A stretch of 64,000 bases of DNA, taken from positions 1,996,422 through 2,060,421 of the forward strand of contig CM082597.2 of assembly GCA_040954595.2 (NCBI GenBank), in the 5' to 3' direction. Numbering within the stretch: the first letter of the stretch is position 1; each line of letters begins with the position of its first letter. Made by a program: the position numbers and the translations under genes. Below, piece by piece: positions 54,501-64,000 of this stretch. This stretch comes from Balanoglossus misakiensis. Its lineage: Eukaryota > Animalia > Hemichordata. The notes beneath the pieces are model-generated. The model ran no database searches. It worked only from the letters and a program-made list of their open reading frames with translations, and had not been told where the DNA came from.

Positions 54501-57500
54501 TTCACAGAGATATGAGACAAGAAGATTTGCGCGACTGACTTGGACGAATCTGGAAACCACTGGCGGTCATAAGGTGGCGACTTTTTTCGTGGTCGGCAAG
54601 TCGACCAGACCTCACATCAGCCGGTTTATCGAACAGGAAAAGTTTGTTTACCGCGATATCTTACAAGTTGATGTGCGGGACTTGACTTCGAGACGCTTCT
54701 TAAATATGAAGGAGCTCGCTGCGGTCAAGGAGGTAGCTGAATACTGTCCATCGGCTCGGCACATTCTGATTATCACTGATGACGTGTTCGTCAATTTTAG
54801 GAACATCATCAATTTTCTGGATAAACATCCGACCAGTAAGTTTAATCTTAAAGGCGGCCACTTCTGTTACGACGAGAATTGTACTTGTTCTCAAGAACCG
54901 CAAACGTCCAACGCCAAAGGCAACGGCGAACAGATTGAGGTGTATGACGATGACGGTGATTACAACGATGCCGTTGACGGTGGCGAAAAGGGGACCCAGC
55001 AGCAAAGTCGGTCATCGCTGTCAACGATTTTTCTGCTGAACAATTCTACCACCTCGCTCGTCGCGCGCAGTTTGAGTCGGCTACGGGACATCCCTGCAAA
55101 CATTCACCTGGAGAAAGTCTTGGAGCGCGTCGGGCAGGACATCAGTACACACCCGGGGTTTGACCTCTACGGGCTCTCCATGATGGGCGCGAATAAAGTG
55201 GCCGAACGTAGCAAGATGACCGCTTGCTGGCTGCACAAAACCATGGCGTCGAAGTCGTTCACACAATCCAATATGGCGCTGATTGCCAGGAAGCTGCATA
55301 CTGGCGATTACTTTCAATGCCAAGATGGCGGCGACCACCACTCGGTTTGGGCCGTGTACGACTGCACCAGGCGCGTCTACGCCAGGACGGGTCTGCGATG
55401 GCAACAAGAAAAGGACATCGTCTCCGTGAAAACAAACGAAGACTTTGTCATCAATCACCCCGAGAAATGTCTCCAAGATAACGGCAGGCGAAATAACGTA
55501 TTTATGCTAATTATGGTGATGTCAGCACCAGACGATCAGGACTACAGAGCGGCCATACGAGCCACGTGGGGTAACACAGCCGCAGAATTGAAAGAAAACG
55601 TCGTTGTGCTATTTCTCATCGGGGCGTCCATAAACGCCGCCCAACAATTCGAAATTCTGCGAGAAGATGGAATGTTCGGTGACATCATCCAGGGAAATTT
55701 TCCGGATAACTTTTACAACCAGACTGTAAAAACTCTAAGTCTTGTCAAGTGGGCAAGCACCTACTGCGCAGGTGCAAAATATGTCGTCAAACTTCGGTCC
55801 GACATGTTTGTTAACATTCACAAACTTGTAGGCTATCTGTCGCTCCCTTATGATCACTTGCAGAGCGGTTTAGCGATCGGTCGACTATTGGTCGGCATGA
55901 GCCCTATTCGCGATCCACATCACAAATATTACACCTCGCACGCCGCTTACCCCGAGGAAACCTTCCCACCATACCTCGGGGCAACTTGTTACGTCCTGTC
56001 AAGTGATGTTGTACGCAAAGTGTGGCAAATATCGCCCTCATCGGCCACTTTTCCATGGGAAGACGTGTATATGGGTATGATGTTACAGAAAGTGGGAGTG
56101 AAACTATTGGATCACTCGTACTTTTCAGGTGGTTCGATTTTGGATAATCTGCCGCCCTGTCAAATGCAGCTGTATTTCTCGTGGAGGGTACGCGAACCGC
56201 TCAGTACCTACAATTACCAAGAAGAAATCCAAAATGCAGACATTTCCGCGTGCCCTTCTGAGAAGTACAATGACGTCACCATTATCCAGTTCAAAACTCA
56301 ACCGAACGACAAAGCCGGCACGTGCATAGGTTACTATGACGTAGTATTCGTGGTCTTCACAGCTGTGCACAGCTTTGCTCAACGAAGGGTCATACGCGAA
56401 ACGTGGGGCCAATATGACCAGCAGTTTGAAGGCATCCGAACTAAAACAATTTTCCTCCTCGGAACAGACCGTTCAGTCGACAGCGTCCAAGATGAGGTCG
56501 ACCAAGAAGCCCGTCGCTATGGTGACATATTACAGGGTTACTTTGTCGAGTCGTACGAAAATCTGCCCTGGAAGACGCTCATGGCGATTAAGTGGATGAA
56601 ACTGTTCTGTCAAAATGTGCAGTACGTCATCAAAGTTGATGACGACGTGTTCATAAACATCCCACTTTTAGCTACGTCACTGAGAGATTTAGGACCAACT
56701 AGGGTCTACAGGGGTTTTACCTACCTGGGAATGATGCCTTTGCGCGACCAGACAAACAGGAATTTCGCGCCACCAGACATGTGGCCTGAGAGACCCTATC
56801 CACCTTACAATGCTGGGCCTGCATACATCATGTCCATAGACTTCGCCTTGTCCGTGTACGAGGCTGCCAAGAACACGCACCGACTCTTGAACGAGGACGT
56901 CTATATCGGCGTAATCGCGCAGAATCTCGGGATGACGTCACAGCACGACGAGAGGTTTGACATTCTCGGTTCAAAACGCAGTCTGTGTGAGATGCAGTCC
57001 ACCGTTGCTAGTCACCATGTTACTCCAAGTCAACTTTACAAATATTGGTACGAATTAAATAAGAAAGTCACTTGCACCGCCCGTGGACGCAGAAAATTCG
57101 ATTATGACATTTTCAGGAAACAGTCCGCTGGCGTCGATCTTACTGTACATCCGGGAATCCTCGTTGACTTCAACATTCTGCCCTGTCCCTCAGACACCGT
57201 CCTGCTTATTGTCGTCCAGAGTTCAGCAGAAAACACAAATGCTCGTGCTACGATCCGTAAACATTTCTCAAGATTTCACTTTGACTCCCCAGCTTCGTTG
57301 ACTTTTGCTGTACCTGCGACGCGAAACCAAGACATAACAGACGATGTTACTCATGAAATGCGCCGGTATAGGGACACTGTGACGATCAACATCGTGGACG
57401 ATATTGAAAACGCAACGCGTATTTTCGTCACCGAGCTCGCGTGGAGTAATGAATACTGTCTTAACAATAAATTTGTGATGTTCACAAACGACGCGACGCT

Positions 57501-57939
57501 CGTAAACTTTGCAAACCTTATGAAATATCTAACAGAGCAGCGTACCTACAGAAACATGGCTGCCGGACACGTGACTGTTATGGCTAAACCAGACAGGACG
57601 CCCTCTAGCGACAGATACACCCCGATAGATTTGTATCCAGGCGATACATATCCTTCATTCATCAAGGGGCCGCCATTTTTGTTTTCAAAGGACGTCGCGA
57701 CGAGGCTCGCCGAAGCTTCAAATTCAGCCCCGCTTTTCATCTGGCCGGATGTTTACATCGGAATGTTGATGGAGAACTTGAACATCGACGCAACCCACAA
57801 CAGTGACTTTGACATTGAGGGCGTTTCAAGGACGAAGTCTGAATGTTTTTGGAAAGACATTTTGACATCTAATTTTTTCACTGCAACGCAGCTTTCTAAA
57901 ACGTGGGATAATTTAAGCCAATCATGCAGGGACACGTAA
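51538..57939 (+). CDS. Intronless 2133-aa type II membrane protein with seven tandem GT31 (Galactosyl_T; B3GALT/B3GNT-like) domains
   Basis: First ATG 51538 (ORF-track GTG 51490 lies upstream of a likely acceptor ttttttttaaaaacag ending 51533); N-terminal signal anchor FLLVFFFFNCLLLL; seven repeats of C..hhhhhS....R.AIR.TW, F.h, Y.DIhQ, C....F/Yhhk.DDDhF, P.R...Y....YPPY..G..Y, EDVY.G motifs. Confidence 0.95.
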   Translation: MAAKLMPLSRTLQFLLVFFFFNCLLLLRHIHKDAAGGVTSHDLILQQRLGEDLKRAGRAVWNAEERLGARRSGKSERYEFRFPHRDRDILLNTGAHNESEGNRQASDVDSQSYIREQFRKRDINFEINKPHVCKASSDLLAVVVVTSQPGNTANRQAIRSTWGAEVKENNSVVVVFLVSQSTNKRHDINIRDEDGKYGDIVQTTDPMARENTSRFTKTVLLWLHLYCTRPKFVLKTDDRTFILPRNLIRALRRSRTSSFAAGTPVVWGSPERDSRKLRYVSRETWSTDTYPPYLLGPSYLWSRDTVSKLYAASLHMNDFPLEDIYLGILLERSSTFLTTFKDMDNYGSVHSYCKFRELFLSGYRHPDEIRFLWKQMATDLPCSHGEDIDLDKQFLEQVSVMNKPELCANIDREDGPFLLVLVTSPVEEWRQRQAIRNTWGKLKNIDEKSIVVLFVINTYKHTGSQETEELRGENKQFSDILQFHVNSSHLEYSTEFFMMMQWVRHYCLNAPFLMITADDVLVHVRNVINFLSSLHINGVAIGDFINNSVPERTTVENEAEYNRTYIFSADVVKTVCGYTGERNLALSRKHFVPKLLFEAGIEMTHHYGFDTYAVKKKLCELDKVMVSGGFHGVSMLQHWSGINQWLDYIRCPGRVSTSKPDSNMPYIIQHTDICESFQWTNRSRTLRVLLGIISAPSNFVHRVAIRQTWAGNSETALSGVDVKAVFLLGRAKSSSVQEKIFEEDYKYSDIIQQDFEEHYRNLTRKTILLLNWSADFCAGANYVIKIDDDVFLNTENMLEFLRDAPRKGLYLGDAKINTKPLRDAWSKWYTPEEAWPDSVYPPYNNGPAYVMSMDVVQIASTASKKRDIFPWEDVHVGNLLFNTTISPLPHHSFDTNDIFRDPCSLAVGLASHHFIPQMHYKFWNQLRSCRKNRYNCCKKQQGYKREAPKLASNRIEASGYESNVYLRETCNHDNQGRGVFLLILVMSSSQRYETRRFARLTWTNLETTGGHKVATFFVVGKSTRPHISRFIEQEKFVYRDILQVDVRDLTSRRFLNMKELAAVKEVAEYCPSARHILIITDDVFVNFRNIINFLDKHPTSKFNLKGGHFCYDENCTCSQEPQTSNAKGNGEQIEVYDDDGDYNDAVDGGEKGTQQQSRSSLSTIFLLNNSTTSLVARSLSRLRDIPANIHLEKVLERVGQDISTHPGFDLYGLSMMGANKVAERSKMTACWLHKTMASKSFTQSNMALIARKLHTGDYFQCQDGGDHHSVWAVYDCTRRVYARTGLRWQQEKDIVSVKTNEDFVINHPEKCLQDNGRRNNVFMLIMVMSAPDDQDYRAAIRATWGNTAAELKENVVVLFLIGASINAAQQFEILREDGMFGDIIQGNFPDNFYNQTVKTLSLVKWASTYCAGAKYVVKLRSDMFVNIHKLVGYLSLPYDHLQSGLAIGRLLVGMSPIRDPHHKYYTSHAAYPEETFPPYLGATCYVLSSDVVRKVWQISPSSATFPWEDVYMGMMLQKVGVKLLDHSYFSGGSILDNLPPCQMQLYFSWRVREPLSTYNYQEEIQNADISACPSEKYNDVTIIQFKTQPNDKAGTCIGYYDVVFVVFTAVHSFAQRRVIRETWGQYDQQFEGIRTKTIFLLGTDRSVDSVQDEVDQEARRYGDILQGYFVESYENLPWKTLMAIKWMKLFCQNVQYVIKVDDDVFINIPLLATSLRDLGPTRVYRGFTYLGMMPLRDQTNRNFAPPDMWPERPYPPYNAGPAYIMSIDFALSVYEAAKNTHRLLNEDVYIGVIAQNLGMTSQHDERFDILGSKRSLCEMQSTVASHHVTPSQLYKYWYELNKKVTCTARGRRKFDYDIFRKQSAGVDLTVHPGILVDFNILPCPSDTVLLIVVQSSAENTNARATIRKHFSRFHFDSPASLTFAVPATRNQDITDDVTHEMRRYRDTVTINIVDDIENATRIFVTELAWSNEYCLNNKFVMFTNDATLVNFANLMKYLTEQRTYRNMAAGHVTVMAKPDRTPSSDRYTPIDLYPGDTYPSFIKGPPFLFSKDVATRLAEASNSAPLFIWPDVYIGMLMENLNIDATHNSDFDIEGVSRTKSECFWKDILTSNFFTATQLSKTWDNLSQSCRDT

Positions 57940-59658
57940 ACATTGATAAGCCAGAATATTGAAATTCGGTACTTTTTACATGATGAATTTTAATTACTTA
58001 ACATACTGAAAAGGCATGGTATTTTAAACAAAGCTTTCTCGTCTGAATCGATGTTAAATGGTATTGCATGCCTGTAGTCTACGTCATAAAAGTAGAGGTA
58101 CTTTTTTTTAAATAGAGAAATATTTTTATGTTATTTTAAGTATATTATTTCTATTTATTTCACAGAAACAATTTATTTAAGGCACGAGAGATACTTAGAA
58201 CGAGATTTCCCATGCTCTTATTAATAATCTACCAGTTGACAATATCGTCAGAATATCTCAGTGCAAACAGTCTGAAAAAGGTCTCCAAGTTTTATTGACC
58301 TTTTGGGTCATATTTTTTTCAGTTGATAAACAATCTCTCTCGTTGAGTCTACTGAAATGAGCTGAATAATTGTTTTATTACAAATTATGTCTTTGTGGAT
58401 AGACCAAATAGGTCAGATTACGTCTTGCGTATATAAACATGTGATTGCTTTGATAGCATTGTGAATTATACTCGTTACTATCGTCCAATGAGAGCTGTTC
58501 TTATAAACCTGACACTTTATTCGTTAGCACAGTGCCGCCAGCGGTAGGGACGGAAACTATATTTAACAGCATGTTAATCCAGGGACTGAAAACTCGACAC
58601 TTGAGGTCGCTGTGGTGCGTGAAACATGCATATTCACGAGTGCGTCTTTTTGCTTTCCCTGCGCCTTATATTATATATATTAATCCCAAATACCACTTTT
58701 AATAATGTCTATGAACCATGGAACTAACCTGTCATCTTTTGCCTTTGTTGTAGAACTGATCTGCCAAATTTGAGCAAGTTCTATAGTTGATGCACTCCTG
58801 AGGAAAGATAAAAGAAACAATTTTGGGGATTTATATTTTTGTAAACAAAAACATGCTTTCACCTCAAAACATCGACTTAAAACATACAGCTCCCTCTCAG
58901 TTGACCCCGAACTGACCTCCCGTGAAAATTTGAAATGTCTGGGTCAATAATAGTTCTTTAGTCATCACCTGAACAAGTAATGGCAGCAGAAAATCAACAT
59001 GGTCACCTTCACAGGAATTCAGGGACAAACTCAGTCAAAATACAACCTTTGAATCTTCAAACGTATTTTATTTACAAAATGTACAAGTATTAATTACAAT
59101 TGGTTAAACATGGCAAGACAATATTCTAAAGCTGTCAAGCAGTACACAAAAATTTGCCACATGCAAATCTCAGCCAGCATCTTTATATAAGGTCCCAGAG
59201 GAAGAATATTTTTGCATGTGGATGTCAGAGGACACACTAATGGGGAATACGAGGCTGAAGTTAGAAAAGTTCCAATCTGAATTTAAAACTTGAATAAATT
59301 ACAGATGTTGTATATGATCCTATGGTATAAGTTTGTTTGTATAAAATGCTGGAGTCCGAGTGTGTGTGTGTTAGTGCATGCATGTGAAGTATGTGTGTTT
59401 GTTTATTACAGGTAAACTAATGTTACAAACTTAGACAAAAAAAGATAGGTAATTTCCCGTAGACACGCAGGAATTTTACAAAAACACTTCACTGAAGTTG
59501 GGTTGAAGTTGTGGTATTTACAAGACAACTGTTATACACTATTGGACAGTTATATGACAAATTCATTTACATTTATATAAATGACAGAACTTGGATGAGA
59601 TTTTTATTATTAGTTATGCAATGTTGTTTTGCATAGGAAATGCAGAAGCGAATAACGC

Positions 59659-59712
59659 AGCTGGACCAGACTTCCCCTTTAATAATAGCTGGACCAGACT
59701 TCCCCTTTAATA
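59659..59712. repeat. 26-bp direct repeat (agctggaccagacttcccctttaata) x2, period 28
   Basis: Directly visible at 59659-59684 and 59687-59712. Confidence 0.85.
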
Positions 59713-60481
59713 TATAAATTAACAGGTTACTAATTGCACACATCATTGATTTCAGATTTCACAAACTCAAAAACTCTTTGGTAGGCCTCAAGATCAATGT
59801 CATTTGCCTTCTTGTCTATGTATATTGCTTCAAAAACTTACAAAACACTGCATATATTTGGCGTCACTTTGTTATATTTTTACTATATTAACAAGCATGA
59901 TGTCTTAAAGGGTAGGCAATCATTGGCACTTGCACACACTTCAATCATAGCTATGACTGTTTCCCTTTAAACAATAAATATCTGAGTAAATAAATTCAAG
60001 AAAAAGAAAAAATAACAAGATGTATTCTTTGCATATCTTCTGCCACCTAAAGCTTTGTTAGTAGTCATAGTAAAAAGACTGACGATTTAAACACTATTCA
60101 CAAAGTTCCGCACATCTGATTCTTCCTGCCAAGGACTATATGCGAAGATGTTATGTTGTCCGAATACTAAAAGACTTCTCCGATCTGATGAGTTGGACAC
60201 AGAGGGCAACAATGCAGATATCACAGAATGCTGATATTGCCAGTGTCTGTATGACAGAACTGACCAACACTTGACAACAATCATTGTCATTCAGTCAGGA
60301 TCAGCTGTGCCTCGCCAATGTCCGTGGGAGTCGTATATGTTCGCCCTCACTGGCAAATGATGTGAATTCTCTTGTTTATTGTTCTGTGAATGAAGACGCT
60401 AAATGGAAGAGGATAATAAACAGCTTGCCTAATACTCAATGCATGGAGGCAGTGCCTTTAAAGTTCAACATCAAAATCCCT

Positions 60482-63309
60482 CTACACCTCTTCGCTTCTC
60501 TCTCTGTCCACACTGTGTGGAGCATCGCAAGATTCCTCCAAATTCTCACTTCTGTCGCCTAGCGCTTCCGTATACGGAGGTGGAAGTTCCGAGGGCAACA
60601 AGAGACTCTCATGATGTTCGGTGTAGGGAGGAGGTTCTGGGCCTGTAGAGGGAGCTGTTCGTATCCTTCCATCTTCCACGTAGACGATCGGAGCCGGTCT
60701 CACGAGAAGAGAACGGTCGCTGTCGGTTACAGATGACAATAATTCTACGGAAGAGAAATATATTGGAATGTACCACATTAGAGATACATGTTAATCTCGC
60801 AAATATGTCAATACAAGTTGCAATTTCCAAGTTTGAAAATATCCATGCATTTGATATCTATCCCCTACATACATGAAGCAAAGATCTATTTAATGTCTCT
60901 TATGACTACAGAAGATATCCCACCTCCGTTTCTTTGAAACGATCTTCTAATCGTCATGATAATTATCCCTCTCTTCCTGGCTTTGATGGCATAGATCGTC
61001 ACGACGATACTAATGATCAGGATGACCACTATTGCTATGGCAACCGCAATGAAAGACGAACTGGTCACGGTACTGTTGTAGTAGTTGGTGTCGATCAACA
61101 GTGTAGGCATGGCCGTCATGGGGTTAAAGGTCGGGAAATACTTGGGGAGTTCTGCCACCTCTTCATGAGGCTGTGAATAAAGGATGAGAAGAATTAATAC
61201 AGTTAAATATCTGTTCCATAAATTTTGTATAGGAGTGCCTATATGTGTGTGTGTGTGTGTGTACATATGTGCATGAAACTACATTAACAATTGTGATGAC
61301 TCACAAAGTTTTTGTGTATAGTACCCACTCGGCAGATTTTGATTTTCTTTGGACTCTTTGCACTATATAGGACGATAATTGTGCCAACCAAACCCCCTGG
61401 CATAGACCCAGAACAGAAAAAAAACTCATAAAAAGTGTCATTTACAGCAGGTGACCCAGTGACCTGATACCACATTGTGGCGTGGTGGAGTGACAAAAAC
61501 ATGCGCACAAAAATTTGGCACTGTGTCAAGTCCATCCAATTCATAATAGCTGCTCTTGCATGACAGTGAAATGATTATCTCCAGGTCCTGGGTTCATTTT
61601 AACCCTTTCACCCCAGTTCCCTCTTTAGAAGTCTAACCTAACCATAGAAAAACGCTCTGTTGAAAAGGGAAGGTTTTAAAACTGAATACTTCAATGAGAT
61701 ATTTATGCCACTTATACTGACTGAATAGTGCATGGACCTTAATTTGCTTGCACACGGTTATAAAACTTGTACGAGTCCCAACATAAACAGTCACTCTGTT
61801 TTTTATCGACTGAAAAACATCTTGTTTTTGAAATCTGTACCGATCAGCACCCGCAAGTCTTGGCAAAACGCCATTTGCATTATTGCCAACGATTACAAAC
61901 ATATCAATGGAGATTGGACTCTTGCTCTAAAATCTCTCAAGTACCACACACCCAAAATTACAACTGTTTCGGCTAAGAACTGTATAATTTGGACAAAGCT
62001 GAAATGAAACTACCAACAGCATGAGGCCGCAAGGGTAAAAATTATCTGATCTGTTTATGCAACTTGATAACACTGGCTGGGCGACCCCCACTTTCTGAAG
62101 TTTCAGTCCTCGGAAGATAAAATTAGAATTTGGAGGAAATAGCTGCAAGTCAGCATTATGTCAACACATTACCATACCAGGCGTTCTCAGTCACATAAGC
62201 AAGCATTTTCTAGTCACAGATACTTCACACTATAGCGTCACATGGATATATTTAGAGTCCTATATTTTGGACAAACACGTAGAAAAAACATGGAAGCCAT
62301 GAACTGTCTGCATGCAAGAGGTGGTGAAGGTATAGACTGATTTATTATTGTAACTGGACAAGACGAGATCGACGAACCCATGCCCTCGTATCTCCAAAGA
62401 TTCAGTCTGCTGGAAGTAATTTAGCATTGGAGGAAAGCCCTGTGACTTTGACCCCTTGTGCCATAAAACATTCACTATCTGCACACGTTCTTGTCTGATT
62501 AGCTAACACAGGGCTAACGTTGGGTTAGACACGTGCTAGCTAATTCTCCATACTATCTATTGCAGCCGTTTGTGTGGCTTATTCTGGTGACTGACATTGT
62601 TAATGCAGATTTGCATGGTACTATTATCACGAAGATGTGACAATGTGCTAGATATGTTGACCCCGGCTGACCTTGGGTAGCTCAGATATTCATATAGAGA
62701 CTTACAAGTAGTTCTGACGTGTACTGAGTGACTGACATCCTCTTTACCCTTTCGCCACCATGGTTTGACCCAAATCCATTGTTTCTATGGCAAATTTTGA
62801 ACTCTACAGAGAGAACTGGGGGGTGGAAGGGTTATAATTGTTTTGAAGACTGGATCTCCTTGCAAGGTTATCGTCAAAACAGGGCTTGTTATTGTTTGCA
62901 GAACTTAAAAGTTATGTAAAGAAATCAAAGGGAGACCTCGCAGCCCACTGACCAGGGGGACAGTTTCAGGGTCAAAGGTGAAGCATCCTTGAGAAAGGCA
63001 CTTCACTGATCATTCTCCTTCCACCGAAAAATAACGGGCAATACAGGGCATCTGAGTTGTTTTGGTAATTTGCACATGTTTCTGCAGTCACCCTAAAAAT
63101 GGAAGTTGACCTAAAAAACTCACCACGGGTAATTCTGGAATTTCCGGAGCTGGTTCCGCGGTATTGTCGAAGTACCAGTAATCCTGCTCCCCTATATTAT
63201 GCAGAAGCTGGTTCAAAAACTCGTCGAACAGCTCATCTGGTGACTCTGTGCCAAGTACTGGGGGTGCTAGAAAAAATAACCCAGGTATAATTATCATATT
63301 TAATGTCAT
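60482..63309 (-). CDS. Small type I membrane protein (about 231 aa) with two cytoplasmic PPPY motifs; putative NEDD4-family WW-domain adaptor
   Basis: Exons 63309-63124 (signal peptide MIIIPGLFFLAPPVLG + acidic ectodomain, donor gtgagt phase 0), 61170-60924 (PHEEV...NST...TM FIAVAIAIVVILIISIVVTIYAI + KARKR, phase 1), 60744-60482 (ELLSS...EPPPYTE...LPPPYTE...EEV*). Possible extra terminal exon 60383-60291 if the weak donor at 60487 is used. Confidence 0.75.
62747..62831. mobile_element. Short MITE-like element with CCCTT...AAGGG termini; partial inverted copy at ~61599-61650
   Basis: ttta|CCCTTTCGCC...GGTGGAAGGG|ttat; reverse complement of its right half aligns with ttaaccctttcaccccagttccctctttagaagt...ccatagaaa at 61599. 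TTAA-like flanks and CCC/GGG ends resemble piggyBac-type ends (inference). Confidence 0.45.
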
Positions 63310-64000
63310 TGACGAGTAATTAATATATCATCAGTATGACAGAACCAACTCAATTCATGGACGGTCACACACATATCTTTTATTTTCAATTCTCACCTGG
63401 AAAATTCTGTTGTTTGTGGTAGTCCTTGGGAAGACTCTGACAACTCGACAACCAACATGCTAAGAGTATTACACTCTGGGCTGCAGAAATAGAATGATAC
63501 AAATAAGCATTATAATGCAGAAATTGACTTGATTTGATCACCTAGAATTCTTATATGCATTGATTTCAATTTCACTTCTGTTTATGCAAATCCCCATGGA
63601 TACCAGTGTCTATTCCGTTGCCTGGACAAGTATAAACTTAATGCTGCAACTAAGCAAGTAATTGACAACGTCCAGTACATATGTCTATTTCCGGTTGCCA
63701 TGTCCTGTTTCGCGTGTCTCTGATCGCGATCGTGTCATCTTCATTACAATATCAAATCAGTGACGGACTTATGTAACTAAACAGTTACATCATTATGTTG
63801 CACTTGACTGAACTGTGGAGTACGTCTATGTTGCAGATTCATTTGGTAAAGGGATCGACATTTACAAGCTTTTATAGAAACCGGAACATATACGTCCATG
63901 TTTGGGATCTCATAATGCAATACACAAACCATGTACATTACAAATTTGATTACTAATGCTTACCTATTAATCTCCGTGCTATCGAGCACAACATGGCGAA

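Overview
Eukaryotic (invertebrate deuterostome-like; hemichordate is my inference from the eyegone gene type and ERG exon structure, not established) intron-containing genomic DNA. Genes reconstructed by hand from splice sites and reading phase: (1) the terminal ETS-domain exon of an ERG/FLI-subfamily gene on + (6623-7140; upstream exons not found in the window); (2) a complete five-exon, Pointed-less ERG/FLI/FEV-subfamily paralog on - (21960->10438), tail-to-tail with it; (3-4) a head-to-head pair of three-exon, 12-Cys Ly6/uPAR (LYPD6-like) GPI-type genes (26669->25111 and 27982->29033); (5) an eyegone-type Pax gene (paired domain + S50 homeodomain, CDS 40650-45805); (6) an intronless 2133-aa type II membrane protein with seven tandem GT31 (beta-1,3-galactosyltransferase-like) domains (51538-57939); (7) a small type I membrane protein with two PPPY motifs on - (63309->60482). 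Most striking signals: the two ETS paralogs share a 232-bp inverted repeat with 231/232 identity limited to the DNA-binding box while flanking codons are diverged (gene conversion, and a potential tail-swapping inversion substrate); four miR-124 seed sites packed into 170 bp downstream of the eyegone stop; and a seven-domain glycosyltransferase in which only two domains keep both catalytic motifs.
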